The notes below the pieces were generated by a model. That model made no database searches, was not told the origin of the DNA, and was given only the letters and a program-made list of their open reading frames with translations. From NCBI GenBank assembly GCA_963701085.1, contig OY969561.1, positions 736,001 to 800,000 of the forward strand: DNA of 64,000 nt, read 5' to 3'. The position numbers and the translations under genes are program-made. This stretch comes from an uncultured bacterium. GTDB lineage: Bacteria > Babelota > Babeliae > Babelales > Vermiphilaceae. Of the stretch, positions 60,209 through 64,000 are shown in pieces; positions within the stretch are counted from its first letter, which is position 1, and each line of letters starts with the position of its first letter.

Positions 60209-62020
60209 ATGAATCCAAAAAAATATGATTTTGATGTTATTGTTGTTGGCGGCGGGCATGCAGGCATAGAAGCTGCTCATGCTGCAGCAAAGCTTGGATC
60301 AAGAACCCTTCTTATAACTCTTGACCCAAACAAAATCGGTCTTATGCCATGCAACCCTGCCATCGGCGGCGTTGGTAAAGGACACATAGTCTATGAAGTG
60401 AGCGCTCTTGGCGGCCTTATGCCACGCCTTTGCACAAAAACATACTTACAAGCACGCATGCTCAACACAAAAAAAGGTTCTGCTGTGCAAGGATTACGCC
60501 TACAAATTGATAAATTTGCGTATAGCCTCTTGAGCCAAGTAGAACTGAAAAAAATGCCCAATCTCACTATTCTTGGCGGTACTGCTGAAGATATTATACT
60601 TGAGGCAGACAACAAAGTGTCTGCTATTAAGGTAATGCAAAATAATCAGGAAATAATATTTACCACCCCTACCGTTATTTTAACTACTGGCACATTCTTA
60701 AATGGTCTCTGTCACATTGGTGAAAAAAACTTTTCTGCCGGAAGACGTGATGAAAAAGCGGTTACCGGTTTATCATTATTTCTTAAAAGAACTGGACTGC
60801 AACTTGGTCGCCTGAAAACTGGCACCCCGCCACGTCTACTTAAATCAAGTCTTGATTTTACAAAAATGGAATATCAAGAACCTGATGCGCTCAACTATCT
60901 TTTTGAATTTTATCCTCATAAAGTGAACAGTTCCCATGCGTGCTACATAACGCACACCAATGAAAACACTCATGAAGTAATTAAAAATAATCTTCACCGT
61001 TCAGCAATGTATAATGGTAACATCTCTGGCATTGGCCCACGCTACTGCCCATCAATTGAAGATAAAATTAGTCGATTTGCGGGAAAAACATCACACCACG
61101 TATTTGTTGAACCAGAAGGTGCTGATTCTGATGAAATTTACCCGAACGGTATTTCCACATCACTACCGTTAGAAGTTCAAGAACAGTACATAAAAACAAT
61201 TTCAGGTTTTGAAAATGCTATCATTACCAAAGCTGGATATGCAGTTGAATATGACTTTGTTTACCCCAATCAGCTACGCACAACGCTCGAAGTTATAACC
61301 ATTCCTGGCCTCTTTCTTGCAGGACAAATTAATGGCACAACAGGCTATGAAGAAGCCGCAGGACAAGGTATTGTTGCGGGCATTAACGCGCATCAAAAAG
61401 CACACAACAAAGAACCTTTTGTTCTCGACCGCACGGAAAGTTATATCGGTGTCATGATTGATGATTTAGTCAGCATGAGCGTTGATGAACCGTACCGCAT
61501 GTTCACTTCTCGCGCTGAACGCCGATTGCTGTTACGTCAAGATAATGCGTTTATGCGCTTAACTGAAAAAGCTTATACGTTAGGCATGATTGAGCAACAA
61601 CTCTACGACGATTTTTGTGCAGAAAAAAAGGTTGTTGAAGAAACTTTAGCACAACTGCGCGCCAATAAAAACAGCACTGATTTGTTACGCCTTTTTGGAC
61701 AAGATGAATGCGATAAAAGTAAATTAGCTGAATATATTGCTACTCCTTTATCAGAACGCGCATTGCAAATTATTCACTCAGAAATACGATACGAGCCCTA
61801 TATTACGCGTGAAAAACAAGAAATTAAAAAAGCTGAGAACTTTAAAACAATGATCATCCCTGCACAATTTAATTACACAGCAATGCCAGGATTATCAAAA
61901 GAGTTACAACAAAAATTAACAAAGCATATGCCGCAGACAATTGCTCATGCCGCACTTATTCCTGGCATGACACCCGCGGCAATTTCATTATTGATATTCA
62001 GAGTAAAGCACACACACTAA
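60209..62020 (+). CDS. mnmG: tRNA uridine 5-carboxymethylaminomethyl modification enzyme
   Basis: VVGGGHAGIEAA, CNPAIGG, RLKTGTPPR, GPRYCPSIEDK, AGQINGTTGYEEAA. Confidence 0.98.
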   Translation: MNPKKYDFDVIVVGGGHAGIEAAHAAAKLGSRTLLITLDPNKIGLMPCNPAIGGVGKGHIVYEVSALGGLMPRLCTKTYLQARMLNTKKGSAVQGLRLQIDKFAYSLLSQVELKKMPNLTILGGTAEDIILEADNKVSAIKVMQNNQEIIFTTPTVILTTGTFLNGLCHIGEKNFSAGRRDEKAVTGLSLFLKRTGLQLGRLKTGTPPRLLKSSLDFTKMEYQEPDALNYLFEFYPHKVNSSHACYITHTNENTHEVIKNNLHRSAMYNGNISGIGPRYCPSIEDKISRFAGKTSHHVFVEPEGADSDEIYPNGISTSLPLEVQEQYIKTISGFENAIITKAGYAVEYDFVYPNQLRTTLEVITIPGLFLAGQINGTTGYEEAAGQGIVAGINAHQKAHNKEPFVLDRTESYIGVMIDDLVSMSVDEPYRMFTSRAERRLLLRQDNAFMRLTEKAYTLGMIEQQLYDDFCAEKKVVEETLAQLRANKNSTDLLRLFGQDECDKSKLAEYIATPLSERALQIIHSEIRYEPYITREKQEIKKAENFKTMIIPAQFNYTAMPGLSKELQQKLTKHMPQTIAHAALIPGMTPAAISLLIFRVKHTH

Positions 62021-62037
62021 AAAAAGGAATTTCTGTA

Positions 62038-62448
62038 GTGTTCATTTATTTATTTTTAATTGCGGCAGTGGCGACAACTTCGCCGGATTTACCAACAGTT
62101 GAAGCTACTACTGCTAAACCAACAAATGAAATTATCATCACCAATGCCATTGAAGCAAACATGCTTGAATACAAACATTGGACCGGCACCTATAATCCTG
62201 AAACATTCACCATCATGGTCAATGGTATAGAAGTAGCTCAAGGCGCTCAACACACACTACCAGCAGAAACAAAAAATGTTGATGTCATGCTTTCATATTC
62301 ATTCATGAATGGTATACGCAAAGGAACAAAAACGGTATCCTATGCTTTACATGAAAATAGTACGCAAGCAAAAATTACGTTTTCATGGAAAGATGATTGG
62401 CAGGTATTGGTTGATAATGGTAAGGCAATTAAGAAAGTAAGTACGTGA
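62038..62448 (+). CDS. Exported hypothetical protein
   Basis: GTG start, hydrophobic N-terminus, stop overlaps lgt start. Confidence 0.65.
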   Translation: MFIYLFLIAAVATTSPDLPTVEATTAKPTNEIIITNAIEANMLEYKHWTGTYNPETFTIMVNGIEVAQGAQHTLPAETKNVDVMLSYSFMNGIRKGTKTVSYALHENSTQAKITFSWKDDWQVLVDNGKAIKKVST

Positions 62449-63230
62449 AGCTCAATTTCTCCCCCGAATTAATTCATCTCTACGGCCCATTGGGCATCCA
62501 AAGCTACGGCCTTTTTATTGTTCTTGGCATTATCATAAGCATTATCGTCGGCCGCTACAACAAACGCTTTGCGCAGCTCAACCTTGAAAATTCATACATT
62601 GATATTATCATGATAAGCATTCTTGCAGGCTGCATTGGTGGACGATTCTTGGAAGTTATATCAGAACCTCTTTTATATCCACACTGGTACGATTGGTTTG
62701 CACTCTGGCAAGGAGGATTTTCTATTTTAGGCAGCATTATTGGCGTTATTACTATTGTCCCCTTTTATCTGAAAAAAATTAATGTGCCCATTATTCCCCT
62801 TTTTGATCTTGTTGCCATTTATGCTCCATTATGCCAATCCATTGCACGCTTAGGCTGCTTTACCGCTGGATGCTGTTATGGTGTTGCAACAAAAAGCATT
62901 TTTGCGGTTGTATATACCAATCCTCATACATTAGCAGCATATGGCATTCCTATCCATCCAACACAGCTGTATAGCTCCGCACTATTATTCGGCATCTTTC
63001 TTTTTATGTATTTTGTTGGTCAACGTATGTGCACAAAAGATGGACAACTTTTTTCTCTCTATCTTACCCTTGTAACACTTGAACGTTTCTTTGTTGATTT
63101 CTGGCGCGCCGATCGCATTATGATTGGCAATATTCTATCATTTCATCAAATTGTAGCGCTGTGCATAATTATGGCCATCATCATTTTCAACTACACTTGC
63201 ATCACAATGAACAAAAAAAAATCCCTCTAA
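62445..63230 (+). CDS. lgt: Prolipoprotein diacylglyceryl transferase
   Basis: SYG, GGR, WQGGFS..G, RLGCF.AGCCYG, HPTQLY, RF.VDFWR. Confidence 0.95.
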   Translation: MKLNFSPELIHLYGPLGIQSYGLFIVLGIIISIIVGRYNKRFAQLNLENSYIDIIMISILAGCIGGRFLEVISEPLLYPHWYDWFALWQGGFSILGSIIGVITIVPFYLKKINVPIIPLFDLVAIYAPLCQSIARLGCFTAGCCYGVATKSIFAVVYTNPHTLAAYGIPIHPTQLYSSALLFGIFLFMYFVGQRMCTKDGQLFSLYLTLVTLERFFVDFWRADRIMIGNILSFHQIVALCIIMAIIIFNYTCITMNKKKSL

Positions 63231-63305
63231 TTGTTACAATTTTGCCAATACAAAAATAAACATGTTATCCTATTTCCATTCTCAATAATAATGAAAGGAA
63301 ATAGC

Positions 63306-64000
63306 ATGACACATCGTCTTGATATCCTTATCGCTATCCATATTTCTATTGTGGCATCATGTACTGCAATGGAATTGCCATCTATAAAAAATCCCCAACA
63401 AGCTCTGTTTTTGACCAATGATCATGTTATTATAAGCCATAAACACGGATGCACCATTATTGATATAAAAACAAATAAAGAAATTATAAAGCTCAACAAA
63501 AAAAGCTTTCCACACCTTGCACTACATCCAAATAAAAAAAAAGTAGCTATCACACATGACAACTCGGTAAAAATATATACTACAAAAACAGGACAACTCG
63601 AATGGAACGTAAAAAAATCTTTAATTCATACACCCGTTGCATCGTCTATCTTTAGTCCATTATCAGATGATACAATTTTTATGAGCTATCAATGTGTTCC
63701 TATCATAATAAAATACACATACCCACAAAACAGATTCTGTATTTTAGGAAGTAGTCAGTTGCGGTTGTTTCAACAAAATCCACCAACTATTGCATTCCAT
63801 CCAACCAAGCCTCACACCTGTTCTGCATACAATCCAGGAAAAATATCTATTTTTAATGAAGAAACTTTTGAAACAAAAACAATTTTACCGATAACAGATA
63901 TGCACCCTTTTTGCGAATATAGTCCTAATGGATCGTATATCGCAGTAGGTAATCAGCACGATATTCTTATCTTGGATTCTTATACTGAAACAGAAATATC
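63306..64000 (+). CDS. Exported WD40/beta-propeller-like protein, 3' truncated by the window
   Basis: Manual translation MTHRLDILIAIHISIVASCTAMELP..LALHPNKK..VKIY..IAFHP..EYSPNGSYIAVG. Confidence 0.75.
   Translation, partial: MTHRLDILIAIHISIVASCTAMELPSIKNPQQALFLTNDHVIISHKHGCTIIDIKTNKEIIKLNKKSFPHLALHPNKKKVAITHDNSVKIYTTKTGQLEWNVKKSLIHTPVASSIFSPLSDDTIFMSYQCVPIIIKYTYPQNRFCILGSSQLRLFQQNPPTIAFHPTKPHTCSAYNPGKISIFNEETFETKTILPITDMHPFCEYSPNGSYIAVGNQHDILILDSYTETEI

Overview
AT-rich bacterial chromosome segment whose gene content (housekeeping genes interleaved with many signal-peptide-bearing ankyrin, F-box-like and WD40 proteins) resembles an intracellular parasite of protists, most plausibly Candidatus Babeliae (Dependentiae/TM6); this is an inference from content, not a database result. 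Core genes: rnpB, an ABC-F ATPase, upp, uppS, LOG family, rsmA, mreB, glmU, sbcD, SurA/PrsA-like foldases, comF, lspA, pheT, an aquaporin, an ABC-2 exporter, trhO (frameshifted), murB, yhhQ, tgt, a TrmH methylase, an APC permease, mraY, mnmG and lgt, plus a HEPN/MNT toxin-antitoxin pair. Most notable observations: (1) a five-gene tandem array of exported proteins with a degenerate macrodomain plus a C-terminal F-box-like motif; (2) about 20 unrelated putative effectors whose signal peptides end in [G/A/S/C]-M-[E/D]; (3) short palindromic elements that nest inside each other, ride in a TTA-flanked MITE, and sit in frame inside PheT and two other proteins; (4) putative effector genes bracketed by duplicated termini of housekeeping genes (ABC-F 3', mraY 3', trhO 5'); (5) an RNase P RNA that appears to lack P18 and has an enlarged P8. 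No CRISPR array, tRNA, rRNA, integrase or transposase was recognised.
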